51,738 nt of DNA from positions 1 to 51,738 of the IMG/VR virus record IMGVR_UViG_3300031628_000003; one strand, given 5' to 3'. The DNA is from a virus. Its lineage: Duplodnaviria > Caudoviricetes. The first letter of the stretch is position 1, and each line of letters starts with the position of its first letter. The notes under the pieces were generated by a model that worked only from the letters and a program-made list of their open reading frames with translations, was not told the origin of the DNA and did not search any database. Below are positions 16,690 through 26,771 of this stretch, piece after piece. The position numbers and the translations under genes were made by a program.

Positions 16690-19600
16690 TCAGTTAAAGT
16701 TAAACTCTTTAAGACCATCAACTGCAAACTCATGGATGATTGGTTTAGAACCTAAGGTGTTAAGGATAGTGGTTCGTCCTTTCTTAGCTTCATTACCAAT
16801 CGCCCTGATACGTGCAATCTTACCCATAGTTCGTGGTGTAAACTTCTGAAAAAGATCAGCGAGTTCTCTGTTAGTTAGCATGTGACTCCTGTCATTTAAA
16901 GACCTAAGTTTAGAAGAACTTAACGATGTGTTCTGAGTTCTATTATCAAACAGAGCATCAAGGTCAGTGAGTAACTTATTAAGAGTAGCTAAACTCTTTG
17001 AGTCAGAACTTCTGTAGTATACGAGACCACCTTTCTCTTCCTTAACAAGCTCTGCCGCTAGGCCAACAACATACTCAGCATGTTCTCTATCTTCAACAAG
17101 ACCTTCTGGGTCTTTCGCAGCAAGAGCATTGATCCTAGCCTTACCACGCGCATGTGATTCAGCAGCACCATCAGCAAGAGACTTGATAAGATCGTACTTA
17201 AGGTTAACATTAACCCAAGTCTGATTAGATAGCTTAAGGAGTGGTATGAAAGAACCCAAGTCTCCAATGAATGCATCATATATTAATGAAACATAAGGTA
17301 CTTGAGATCCTGCCTCTCTCTGAAGAGCCTTATACATAGGTCCAGACATAAGCTTAGAAAACACAGAGCCATCATTACTTATGATAGCTTGAGCTAGTAT
17401 ACCCTGCCTCATAGAGAAACCACCTTGTGCTGTACGACCTAAAGCAGTTAGCTTCTTTATTGTCATTGGTAGTTCTGCACGTATAGCTTTCTCGTAAGGC
17501 TTACCCTTCTCATCTAACTGAGTAGAGGGGTTGTCTGACTTAGGGTCACCAAACCTTCTACCTGCTTTAACTGGGTCAGAGTATTCCATTTGTATAGTGG
17601 ATCTAACTTTATCACCAGTATCTTGCATAGCTAAAGAATTACTTGAAGTTGTAGTGCCAGTAGCTTTTACAAAACGAATAGGTTCATTAGATAGCATACC
17701 AACCTGAGTCATATCTTTAAGAGCTTCTGCAAAAGCAACAATCTCAGGTGAAAGAGTTTCTGTTAAACCCCTAGAAAGTATCTTATGTAAGATCTTACCT
17801 GTACCTGCAGTACCAAAAGAACTAATTAAAGCCGCAGCCCTAAGGTTCTCGTCAGTACTTATTGCGTTCATAACTCCACCCAACATACGCTCAATAGCCT
17901 GTCCATAAGCAAAAGTCATAATAGGTGGCTTAAGGAACTCATCTTTATTAAGTATAGCTAACTCAAGTAAGTTTACTATCTCAGTGTGATTAGACTCGTC
18001 AATGCCCCATTTACTCATAAGCTCAGGGTTAACAGTTATATCGCTGATAGATTCCCTCATGTTGTTAACCATAAGGTCACGTAGGTTACCCTCAAGCCCT
18101 TGGTAATCTGCAATAACTTTTTCAGGATGTTCACGAAGAACACCAACTCGGTACATAACATCTATGATTCCAAGTTGAGCAGACATACTTGCAATACCAT
18201 TCATGATACCATCAACTTCAATGGGTCTCATCTGTGACATAATAGTTCCATTACTCTTAACCGCATCCATATAATTAGAAAGCTCAATGGCTTCCTCTAT
18301 TAAATTAACAACCTCATTGGGGTGCTTTGCTGCTTCGGTTAAGAACCTTTTAACATCATCATCTGAACTAAATTTAGGACGTGGTGCGTTGATTGCAGCA
18401 CCTACACCTTGAACTTCACCGTTTACTATTTCCATTTTAAGAACAGAGTCCACAGGTAAGTCTGTGTTATAACTGTCCATAGTTTCCTTAAGCTTCTTTC
18501 CAACTGAAGCTATTGCCATAAGCTTAGGATCAGGTGGGCTTGAGTTGATACGTTCTCTCATGTTAATAAGCATCTTCTCTGGTACAAAAGCACCATCTGT
18601 AAAGAAGTGACCTGCCCAAGTTATAAGCATAGCTTGTTCTTTATTAGTATTAGTATTAGGTTTAACCTCGTACTTAGTACCACTTCCAAACAGTTGCCTA
18701 GCAAACTTGTTGTTTTGAACATTCATAACCTGAGTGGCATAGCTTATTCTTGATGTTCCTGACTGAAGGAAAGTAGGGAATCCAATAGGAAGACCATAGA
18801 CCTCGACAACATCTTGAACCATAGCCAAAGCCTTAGTAGCTTCTTGGTTATACCTAGCTTTACGCCAAGCGTTTGTCTGGGCAGTCTTATGGAAATCAAG
18901 AAGAACTCTGATCTGATTTTGCTTATCATAGTCAACAGGTCGATTCATCATACGGTCTGATTCTATTTCTTTGGTAAGTGCTTTAGCTTTTAATAACAAG
19001 TTCTCAGCAGTGTTGTTGATCTTGTCTGCCATCTTCTGACCAATGCCAAGAGAGTTACCTTGCCATGATTCAACTACAACCCTACCATTTATACCAACTG
19101 TTTGACCGTCTACTTGAATCTCAGAGCCACCAACTAAATCATTGCTTAATGTTTGGCTAGCATACTTAAAAGCTTGCAAAGCTATCAATAAACCTGACTT
19201 TAAACGATTAGGTGTTATGATATGTTTAACAGCTGATGTGTTTGACATTGCTTCAACTTCAGGTTGCAGTCTTCGCTTCTTGTCAGATGGTAATTTAAAG
19301 TTCTTATTAGTGTCTGATTTATCTTTTTGATAAGCTGGGAATGACTTAGGGTCATTGATGATCTGAGTTCTAATGCGTACATCAGGCTCTATAGCATCTT
19401 TCCTAGCGTTCTCAATAGCAAGAACACCAGTAGGTGTAAGTACATAATCATAACGAGTGTTACCATTAGTACCAACATCTATTAACTTAGTGTTAGCAGG
19501 GTTACCTAGGTTGTACTGCTGCTTAACCCAAAGACCTAACTGTTCATAAGCTTCTTTAGTTAATTGATTAGCAGGGTCAAGATGTTTATCAGGGATAATA

Positions 19601-20478
19601 TCCTTACCACCTTGAGCCACCTGCTGATACATCATTAACTGTTCATGATACATATTTCCAAGCTTACCAACAGATATGTCAGACTCTGTATCTTGAGAAC
19701 TTAATCCAGTTAGTTGATTGATTTCATCATCAGTAAAATTATCAATCATCTCAGGAGATATAATATTTCTCTCTTGCATATGACGCATGTACTCATGCTC
19801 CATAACAACAAACCCTAAGACTTGTGCATCAGATGTAACCTCAAACATACGAACATCATCTGGACTAGTCTCTTGTATCATTCCAAGATGAGAGAAAAGA
19901 TTAGCTGCAGTCAATGGCCTAGTCCTTGCGGCATCAACCATCTTCTCTTTAGGTGCATCAGGATCTTCAGCTACCCTCACAGAAGGTGCTTTAAAGTTCA
20001 TCATGTTTTGTGCAACATAATTCCTTTTCTCAGCTGAACCTTCCAAACCTGTATCCACTGGTATCTTAACTGAATCAGTTTTACTAAGGTTAGTAAGAGC
20101 ATGGATTAACCTAGGCTTGTTAGCCTCACCTACGATACCAGCAATACTACTCTTGTCCCAATTAGATAAGACTTCTGTGTCAGCTAACTGCTGAATAGAA
20201 CTAGACCTAGCTCTTTGTTGTTGCTGTAACTCAAGTGCAGCTATCTGTTCTGGGTTATTAACAGGAAGCATTTCTTGCTTCCCATCATTAACTCCAACAG
20301 GTGCAGCAGGTAGAACCGCATTATCGTACTGACCTTCTTCCGTTGGAAACACACTATCTTGGGTTAAACCTACTTGAATTTTATCTGCGATGGCATCTTG
20401 TATGCCATTAGAATCCATAGCCCTAGATGCTTCAAGACGTTTTACTTGCCCTGCATTACCTGCATTAAACTTAGCCAT
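16690..20478 (-). CDS. putative virion-encapsidated single-subunit RNA polymerase (N4 vRNAP-core-like)
   Basis: TSRISY..MNVQNNKFARQL; motif A PIEVDGIMNG; motif B KDEFLKPPIMTFAYG; IISNDG; motif C LIYDAF; no Cys in 1262 aa; last gene of the ejection cluster. Confidence 0.8.
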   Translation of the reverse strand: MAKFNAGNAGQVKRLEASRAMDSNGIQDAIADKIQVGLTQDSVFPTEEGQYDNAVLPAAPVGVNDGKQEMLPVNNPEQIAALELQQQQRARSSSIQQLADTEVLSNWDKSSIAGIVGEANKPRLIHALTNLSKTDSVKIPVDTGLEGSAEKRNYVAQNMMNFKAPSVRVAEDPDAPKEKMVDAARTRPLTAANLFSHLGMIQETSPDDVRMFEVTSDAQVLGFVVMEHEYMRHMQERNIISPEMIDNFTDDEINQLTGLSSQDTESDISVGKLGNMYHEQLMMYQQVAQGGKDIIPDKHLDPANQLTKEAYEQLGLWVKQQYNLGNPANTKLIDVGTNGNTRYDYVLTPTGVLAIENARKDAIEPDVRIRTQIINDPKSFPAYQKDKSDTNKNFKLPSDKKRRLQPEVEAMSNTSAVKHIITPNRLKSGLLIALQAFKYASQTLSNDLVGGSEIQVDGQTVGINGRVVVESWQGNSLGIGQKMADKINNTAENLLLKAKALTKEIESDRMMNRPVDYDKQNQIRVLLDFHKTAQTNAWRKARYNQEATKALAMVQDVVEVYGLPIGFPTFLQSGTSRISYATQVMNVQNNKFARQLFGSGTKYEVKPNTNTNKEQAMLITWAGHFFTDGAFVPEKMLINMRERINSSPPDPKLMAIASVGKKLKETMDSYNTDLPVDSVLKMEIVNGEVQGVGAAINAPRPKFSSDDDVKRFLTEAAKHPNEVVNLIEEAIELSNYMDAVKSNGTIMSQMRPIEVDGIMNGIASMSAQLGIIDVMYRVGVLREHPEKVIADYQGLEGNLRDLMVNNMRESISDITVNPELMSKWGIDESNHTEIVNLLELAILNKDEFLKPPIMTFAYGQAIERMLGGVMNAISTDENLRAAALISSFGTAGTGKILHKILSRGLTETLSPEIVAFAEALKDMTQVGMLSNEPIRFVKATGTTTSSNSLAMQDTGDKVRSTIQMEYSDPVKAGRRFGDPKSDNPSTQLDEKGKPYEKAIRAELPMTIKKLTALGRTAQGGFSMRQGILAQAIISNDGSVFSKLMSGPMYKALQREAGSQVPYVSLIYDAFIGDLGSFIPLLKLSNQTWVNVNLKYDLIKSLADGAAESHARGKARINALAAKDPEGLVEDREHAEYVVGLAAELVKEEKGGLVYYRSSDSKSLATLNKLLTDLDALFDNRTQNTSLSSSKLRSLNDRSHMLTNRELADLFQKFTPRTMGKIARIRAIGNEAKKGRTTILNTLGSKPIIHEFAVDGLKEFNFN

Positions 20479-20510
20479 TAGCTAGACCTCCTAGTACTTC
20501 TTGTATATTA

Positions 20511-23500
20511 TTAATCATCAGTATTCCAGTTTATCATTCTGTTTTTGTAAGGAGCAAAGATAGGTATACTTCCGTATAAGTTTCTTTTGAATTGCGCATC
20601 ATCTGATGTTATCAGACCTTCAATAATACCATAAGTACGCTCAACTGTACCAGCAGCAGGGGCTTCACCTGCAACATGATCCCACACATACTCTGAAGCA
20701 CCATAAGAACTTTCAGGATACAAGGGAAACAGGAAGTCACTCCCGATCACACGCTCCATAGTTCCTAGTAATCCGCTTGAGTATATAGCTCGTTGTATTT
20801 TCTGTGGGTCTGAAAGGTACGGTGAAGATTCTCCATACTTAAGTTCATCTTTGATTCCTTGAGATGCAAATGCAAGAAGAAGCATAGTGCTAGCTGATGC
20901 AAAGGTTCCGTAAGTTAATCCCTTAGAACTTGGACCTCCTCGCTTAACTTGATCCCACATCATCGGTATCTGGTTAGCTTGGAACGTTGAAGTAAAACCA
21001 TTAAACTGTGTTAACATTGCAAAGTGTGGGTCACTGTAGATCAGTGGCCTGTTCAATGCGTTAGGCATAGGTATAGCTTGGTTAACAAAGTTAGCAGCTC
21101 CATTAAGAAACACATCTTTGTAGATAGCTGCTTCAGTATCAGTGAGTGTTTCACCACGCTTCATCTTATGTGATAAAGGTTGTAAAGAACTGAGGGGTAT
21201 CCCTAAGTCTCTCAACATTTTCTTAGCTTCAGCAACACCAACTGTGTCAGTCTGACCTTCATACCTATCAATAAGATCTATCTTACCTATAAGAAAATCA
21301 TTAAAGAGTGATAGACGCATCATACGATGCATGTCTTGTTGGTCGTGTAAGAAGTTAGCTTTGAAGAAAGCGTCAGCCATCCCCTTAGTTAACTGGTTAG
21401 TTTCTTGAACACCTGTAGTTGTAGCTGCACCAGTTTCCTGAGACATAAATCCAGTACTACGTAGCATTTGTTTCATATCTGTGTAGTACACAAACCTAGG
21501 GTCAGTGTCACCCTTAGAACGATACTCTGCTAGTTTCTTTTCAATAATAGTTTCAAGAGTATCACGGGGCTTTGCAACCCTAGCTACAACACCCAAGTTT
21601 CTAATCCAAGAGCCAACAGCATTACCAAATAGATAACCGTAAGTAGCTGTGTTCTTAACCATAACTTCCCGAGGAACACCGTTAAAGATCATACCAACTT
21701 CTGGTATAGAAGAGAAAGCAGCATTAGATAAAGACTGAAGCATAGTTACAACTGTTAAGTATTTCTGAGCTTGCTTTAAGTTTTGATTCTCTATCCTTTT
21801 GTAGTTACCTGATTCAGCATTCAAAGCATTACGAATATCATGTGCAAGTTCTGAAGTGTGTTTAACTGCAGCTTGCTCACCCTTAGCTTCACGAATCTCC
21901 ATGTAGGTATCATTAAGCATACGATTAAGGTACACCGAATCCTTACCTAAAAACTTACGATGAGCCTGAAATCTTGCAGCACTTCGTGAAGCATCACCCA
22001 TGTTTTTAAATATGTTCTGCTCTAAGAACTTAGCAAACTCAGGTCGATCAGAGATGTTCATTTTACGTTGCTTGTTATAAGAAGGATTAAGTCCATGCTT
22101 AGTTACATCAAACGCATCACCAATAGTATTAACTGTTTCATCGTTTATAATGGAGTCAGTTAAATCCATAGCAGTGTTATAGTCAAGCTGATAAGAAGAC
22201 ATTAAGGTGTTTATAAACTCAACCTTATGGTTAGCAATATACTCTGTCAATAGATTCTTATGTCTGTATGACCAATCCTGAAGAACCTCTATTGGATCTT
22301 GATTGTTAGAGACTGTGTTACCATCTTCAATAGCAATGTTGTTATCCCTAAGCATTGCATTAGATCTTGTTAAAAGTTCCTTGTCGTACTTAAGTATCGC
22401 TTGCTTGTTGGACACAAGCTCGTCTGAAGCTTTACTCCAATTAACAGGTTTTCCAGATTCTCTTGCAGGTTTAAGAAGTTCTTCATTGTATTTATACATT
22501 AACTTACTTACAAAGTCAGACCGACTAGCAGAGCTTAAACCCCTAGGAGTTTTAAAGGATGCTTCAATTTCTTCCTGAGGAGAAAGCATACTGTCGTACT
22601 CAGCTACTTTAAGTTGTTGAGACATTACCATGTTCCTTCCGGGAAACACACGGTTCCTGTAAGAACCAATCATGTCTACCATTTTAACAGCAGTAGTGGA
22701 TACACCATCAAGTTTCTGAATAGCATTATCCATTGTCCCACGTAAAGCAACCTTAGGGTTCTTTGCAAAAGATTTAATCCAAGCAAGACTAGTGTTAGGC
22801 CTGTCATGCATCTCAGCCCAATCGTCCACACTTCGTGGGTTAGACAAGTCCTGATCAGAGTTCCAAGATTTACCTAACTCTTGAGCCTCAGCTTTATCAA
22901 ACCTTTGGTTTTCCATTCCTTCTTGAAACACTTTCTCTTCCGCAGAGTTAGTGGCTGTGATGGAATCAACTGTTTGAATATACCCCCTTGAATCTTCTTG
23001 TTGTTTAACTATATTACTATGTACTTGATTGTCAAATCTATTATCAACATCACTATCAATGTCAGCAGCAGCATGCCAATCAGCAACTTGGAAAGCAGTG
23101 CCCGGAGCTGTGAATCCAGCACCCATAATACCACCTGCTACAACAGCATTGATCATACGATTTTCTATTTCATCGTAGTTCCATTGTTTCTCAGAGCCAA
23201 TGACAGCAGCAGTGTACTCTGTGAGTTCTTGCATTGCTTCTGTCACACCCTCTTGTGCAGTTCCCCTTGATAGTCGCTTAACACTTTCCCTAAACAAGTG
23301 ACCTTTCTGTATTTGATTAGCTGCAAACTCTTTAGCGTTACCAATCTCTGAGAGCAACTCTCGTTTACTCATAGACAGTAAGAGGTTTGATGCTTCTTCC
23401 GTAGAAATACCTTTAACTCTAGCAATATGACCGATCGCTTCCTTACGACCTTCGTTGGTAAGCATCATCTTAGGACTGACAAGACCCTTAAGTCCTAGTC

Positions 23501-24599
23501 TGTCTAAGAAAGTCATAGCAGTTCCAGCTACAATAGCAACACCAAGATTCTTGTCAGCTATGTCACCTTCCATAGTATCTAATACCATACCTGTGTAAAC
23601 AGAAATAGGTAGTGCAGCAGAAGCACCAGCAGTTACAGGCATAGCAGCCATACCAACTAAGGTTGCACCCATGAATGGTAGAGATGAACCAAGCATACCC
23701 CTGAGTCCAGAAGATACTTCATCAAACTCAGTCCAATCCATTTGAGTTACATTCATGTTTAGAAGTGGTTGAGCATTTATATACTTCTGATTCTTAATTG
23801 CGTCTGCTGCAAAGGATGCCTCAGTCTCTTCAGCACCTATACGATCACTAAGAGCTTGACCAAAAGTATTTAAACCTTTATACAAGTTAGCAAATCCAAT
23901 GTCAAAGCCAGTACCAAAAGGAGTTCTAGACTTACCTTCGTAATCTGCACCAGCGTTAACAGTTTTAATGCCCATGTAGAAGTTAGGGTTACGTGCGTAC
24001 TCAGCAGCGTCAAAGGCCATTAGCTTCTGAACTGCCATACCACCATAGGGGTCTGTCTCAACCTCATAGATAGCTTGTCTGGCTTGCTCAAAAGAAGACA
24101 GGTCACTGGCAGTACCTAGAACTTTATCAGAGTTTCTACTCTTCTCAGCAAAAGCACTTGCAAGAACATTACCTACGTCATCTCCACCAGAAAATCTTGA
24201 TGGAGAAGCTACACCAGATTTTATTAGAGTTTGTACAAAAGACTCACCATCTTCATTATACAAGTCACCAAGATCACGATCATAGTAACCTTTCTCACCT
24301 GAATAAACTTCTCTGTTAAAACCATATTCATTTGCAAGACCAGCTATGTAAGCTGCAGCAGAATCTGCACCAATCTCAGACTCTGAGTATGGCTTTTCTT
24401 TTATAAACTTAGCAGTTTCTCTGGTGTCAATTCCATCTAGTCTTATTGACTTACCTGTTACTGAATTAAATATAGTATCACCATCAATAAAGGCCCAATC
24501 GGACCCTTTAATAGCTAATGAGCTTTCTTGGGGGCCTTGTGTAGCCTCTTTTTCTTGTGTGAGTAAATCACCTAGATCTAAAACAAGACCCTCTCCCAT
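20511..24599 (-). CDS. large internal virion/ejection protein with N-terminal SNase-like domain
   Basis: 1362 aa, Cys-free; IDGDTI..IRLDGIDTRE..YYDR..LIKSGVA; Gly/Ala hydrophobic segments and EGVTEAMQE motif; C-terminal LTQFNGF region reminiscent of T7 gp16-type proteins. Confidence 0.75.
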   Translation of the reverse strand: MGEGLVLDLGDLLTQEKEATQGPQESSLAIKGSDWAFIDGDTIFNSVTGKSIRLDGIDTRETAKFIKEKPYSESEIGADSAAAYIAGLANEYGFNREVYSGEKGYYDRDLGDLYNEDGESFVQTLIKSGVASPSRFSGGDDVGNVLASAFAEKSRNSDKVLGTASDLSSFEQARQAIYEVETDPYGGMAVQKLMAFDAAEYARNPNFYMGIKTVNAGADYEGKSRTPFGTGFDIGFANLYKGLNTFGQALSDRIGAEETEASFAADAIKNQKYINAQPLLNMNVTQMDWTEFDEVSSGLRGMLGSSLPFMGATLVGMAAMPVTAGASAALPISVYTGMVLDTMEGDIADKNLGVAIVAGTAMTFLDRLGLKGLVSPKMMLTNEGRKEAIGHIARVKGISTEEASNLLLSMSKRELLSEIGNAKEFAANQIQKGHLFRESVKRLSRGTAQEGVTEAMQELTEYTAAVIGSEKQWNYDEIENRMINAVVAGGIMGAGFTAPGTAFQVADWHAAADIDSDVDNRFDNQVHSNIVKQQEDSRGYIQTVDSITATNSAEEKVFQEGMENQRFDKAEAQELGKSWNSDQDLSNPRSVDDWAEMHDRPNTSLAWIKSFAKNPKVALRGTMDNAIQKLDGVSTTAVKMVDMIGSYRNRVFPGRNMVMSQQLKVAEYDSMLSPQEEIEASFKTPRGLSSASRSDFVSKLMYKYNEELLKPARESGKPVNWSKASDELVSNKQAILKYDKELLTRSNAMLRDNNIAIEDGNTVSNNQDPIEVLQDWSYRHKNLLTEYIANHKVEFINTLMSSYQLDYNTAMDLTDSIINDETVNTIGDAFDVTKHGLNPSYNKQRKMNISDRPEFAKFLEQNIFKNMGDASRSAARFQAHRKFLGKDSVYLNRMLNDTYMEIREAKGEQAAVKHTSELAHDIRNALNAESGNYKRIENQNLKQAQKYLTVVTMLQSLSNAAFSSIPEVGMIFNGVPREVMVKNTATYGYLFGNAVGSWIRNLGVVARVAKPRDTLETIIEKKLAEYRSKGDTDPRFVYYTDMKQMLRSTGFMSQETGAATTTGVQETNQLTKGMADAFFKANFLHDQQDMHRMMRLSLFNDFLIGKIDLIDRYEGQTDTVGVAEAKKMLRDLGIPLSSLQPLSHKMKRGETLTDTEAAIYKDVFLNGAANFVNQAIPMPNALNRPLIYSDPHFAMLTQFNGFTSTFQANQIPMMWDQVKRGGPSSKGLTYGTFASASTMLLLAFASQGIKDELKYGESSPYLSDPQKIQRAIYSSGLLGTMERVIGSDFLFPLYPESSYGASEYVWDHVAGEAPAAGTVERTYGIIEGLITSDDAQFKRNLYGSIPIFAPYKNRMINWNTDD

Positions 24600-24611
24600 A
24601 GTATTCTCCTA

Positions 24612-26771
24612 TTACTTCATCTTAAAAGGTTTATTAAAATCAATATCAAGTGAAAGACTCCTAACTTCAGGGGAATTAAGTCCTAGGTATTGATGTTCAT
24701 GGTTAATATTACCTGTGTCATTGCTCTGCATCCACTCCATGAATGCGTTAGTTCTGTCACCAGATTGATCTGACCAGTACACACGTGCAGTTGGATCTCG
24801 CATTACAGTATCTTGGAACAAACGTCCAAACTCCTGAACAACTCTAGTAGTGGTTATCTTTTCGTTAGCTAAGATTGGATCAGCTCCATTTGCAATAGCA
24901 GCTTTAACCCACCAATTCTTTTGAGAGTTTATCTTCTCTTCAAGCATACCCTTAGCATGACCACTAGCGTCAAAACCTTCTTCATATTCGGCAACACCAT
25001 CGCCACTCCATTTCGTAGCTTTTCCATATACAAAGTTAGCTATATTACCTTCACCTGTTAAGCTACTCTTGAGTTGCATTTCTCGCCACTCACCAACCAT
25101 GCTTGCAGTCTCTTCGCCATAGTCACCTTTACGTAAACCATCAGCTTGTTTCTCCATTGTAGTCGTTAACATGTTTTGGAACATAGCCGAAAATGCAGCA
25201 TTGTCATAGTCAACACCTGCTTCTTGCATTTCCCTAGTAACAATTTCAAGCACATCTCTGGCTGCACGTCCGTTACCAAAAGTCTGGTTAAGAGCTGCCA
25301 AATCTTTCTCATCATAATCTGGATTATCATTAAGAGTTTTAATAAAGGAATTGGTCTGCTTATTAGTAGAGTCCAAGATACCTTGATTAATCTCATCATA
25401 AGTTTTATGAGTGTTTGATTTATAAGTAACAAGTCCAGATGACGCTGGGTTTATAGCAATAGGATTACCGTTCTTATCTTTGTTAAGCCCCTTGTCTGTA
25501 ACCTGATAGAAAGCCTTACCATCTTTAGATGAGTAACCTGAGATAATCTTCTTTGTAGTTTTATCAAAGAATTGAACAGACTTAGTATGATCTACAGCTG
25601 CATCTTCAGCGAGTTTGTTTTGTGCCTTAGTTGTTAAAACATCAGCAGCAGCTTGATCTTCCCAGCTTTTAAGAAGAACTTCACCAGCAGCCATACCTGA
25701 ACCACTACCAGAGTAACCCATAAGACGAGCACCCATGTAGTACACAAGTGCTTTCTGAATAGCTGGGTCGCTAAACAATGAACCAAGTCCTTTACCAGCA
25801 AGTGACATAGCTTGATTAACAGTAGTAATTGATCCGTCAATAAACCTATCTAATACACTATCAGTTTCTTTTTTAATTGTATTTTTATCTAAAGAACCAA
25901 GCTGAGGTAGTAGTGTACTTGGGTCCATACCTTGAGCCATTTCCATAACAGATACAGCGTCTGGGTCTTTGTTAACTGCAGATTCTGCATCAATACTCTT
26001 ACGCCAAGAAGACGCATCAGCAAGCTTAGATTCAAGAGCATCCCTTTGCTCTAATGCAGGTTTAAGTGCAGACCTAAGAGCATCAGGGTCAAAGCTTAAG
26101 TTCCTTGTGTGTGCGTCAATAATAGCTTGGTTGTTTGCCAACTCTGACTTAACATCGTTTTCCCATTCGGTAATAGATTGTTGTGGATCTGTAGAACCTT
26201 TAAGTTGAGACAACTCTAACTTAGCTTCGTTAAGTAACTTAGGTGCAGCGTTTATATCTGTTAGTAAGTTAACTCTGTCTTGAGCCTTAGTTAAAGCTTT
26301 TATACTTTCTTCATCAAAACCTGCTTGTTCCTCAGCAAGAGCATCTTTAGTTTCAGTTGAGTCATATACTGTAGGAAACAATGCCTCTTCTAATACCATA
26401 GCACCAAGACCCGGAATCGTTAATGCCCTAGGAATCTTAGTAGCTTTCCATGCAGCTTTACCAAACTTAGCCAGATTTTTATAATCAGTTGGTTTAACCT
26501 TGTTACCCATATCATCTACAGCAGCCTTTGGAAAAGTAGTCCTTGGGTTACCATTCTTATCTACAGAAGGTATAGTATTTTTTGGTTTAGCAGTGTTGTC
26601 TAAGTCTAATGCTTGTTGAGTTGGAACTGGTTGAACTGGTGGAACAGGTTTAGGTGCTAGGTTTGGTTTCCGACCCCTACCATCAAAGTTAAGCTTGCCC
26701 TGATTTGGATCAGGAACAGGCCTAGGTATGTTAGTGCCTGAAAATCTAGGCATACTCCTATCAACAGCCAT
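24612..26771 (-). CDS. internal virion/ejection protein
   Basis: 719 aa, Cys-free, Pro-rich N-terminus, coiled-coil segment; position in cluster. Confidence 0.6.
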   Translation of the reverse strand: MAVDRSMPRFSGTNIPRPVPDPNQGKLNFDGRGRKPNLAPKPVPPVQPVPTQQALDLDNTAKPKNTIPSVDKNGNPRTTFPKAAVDDMGNKVKPTDYKNLAKFGKAAWKATKIPRALTIPGLGAMVLEEALFPTVYDSTETKDALAEEQAGFDEESIKALTKAQDRVNLLTDINAAPKLLNEAKLELSQLKGSTDPQQSITEWENDVKSELANNQAIIDAHTRNLSFDPDALRSALKPALEQRDALESKLADASSWRKSIDAESAVNKDPDAVSVMEMAQGMDPSTLLPQLGSLDKNTIKKETDSVLDRFIDGSITTVNQAMSLAGKGLGSLFSDPAIQKALVYYMGARLMGYSGSGSGMAAGEVLLKSWEDQAAADVLTTKAQNKLAEDAAVDHTKSVQFFDKTTKKIISGYSSKDGKAFYQVTDKGLNKDKNGNPIAINPASSGLVTYKSNTHKTYDEINQGILDSTNKQTNSFIKTLNDNPDYDEKDLAALNQTFGNGRAARDVLEIVTREMQEAGVDYDNAAFSAMFQNMLTTTMEKQADGLRKGDYGEETASMVGEWREMQLKSSLTGEGNIANFVYGKATKWSGDGVAEYEEGFDASGHAKGMLEEKINSQKNWWVKAAIANGADPILANEKITTTRVVQEFGRLFQDTVMRDPTARVYWSDQSGDRTNAFMEWMQSNDTGNINHEHQYLGLNSPEVRSLSLDIDFNKPFKMK

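Noticed and set aside
17293-17303. ATAAGGTACTT partial match to the promoter motif
   Set aside because: Only 11 nt, inside the vRNAP coding sequence near its end, with no gene downstream
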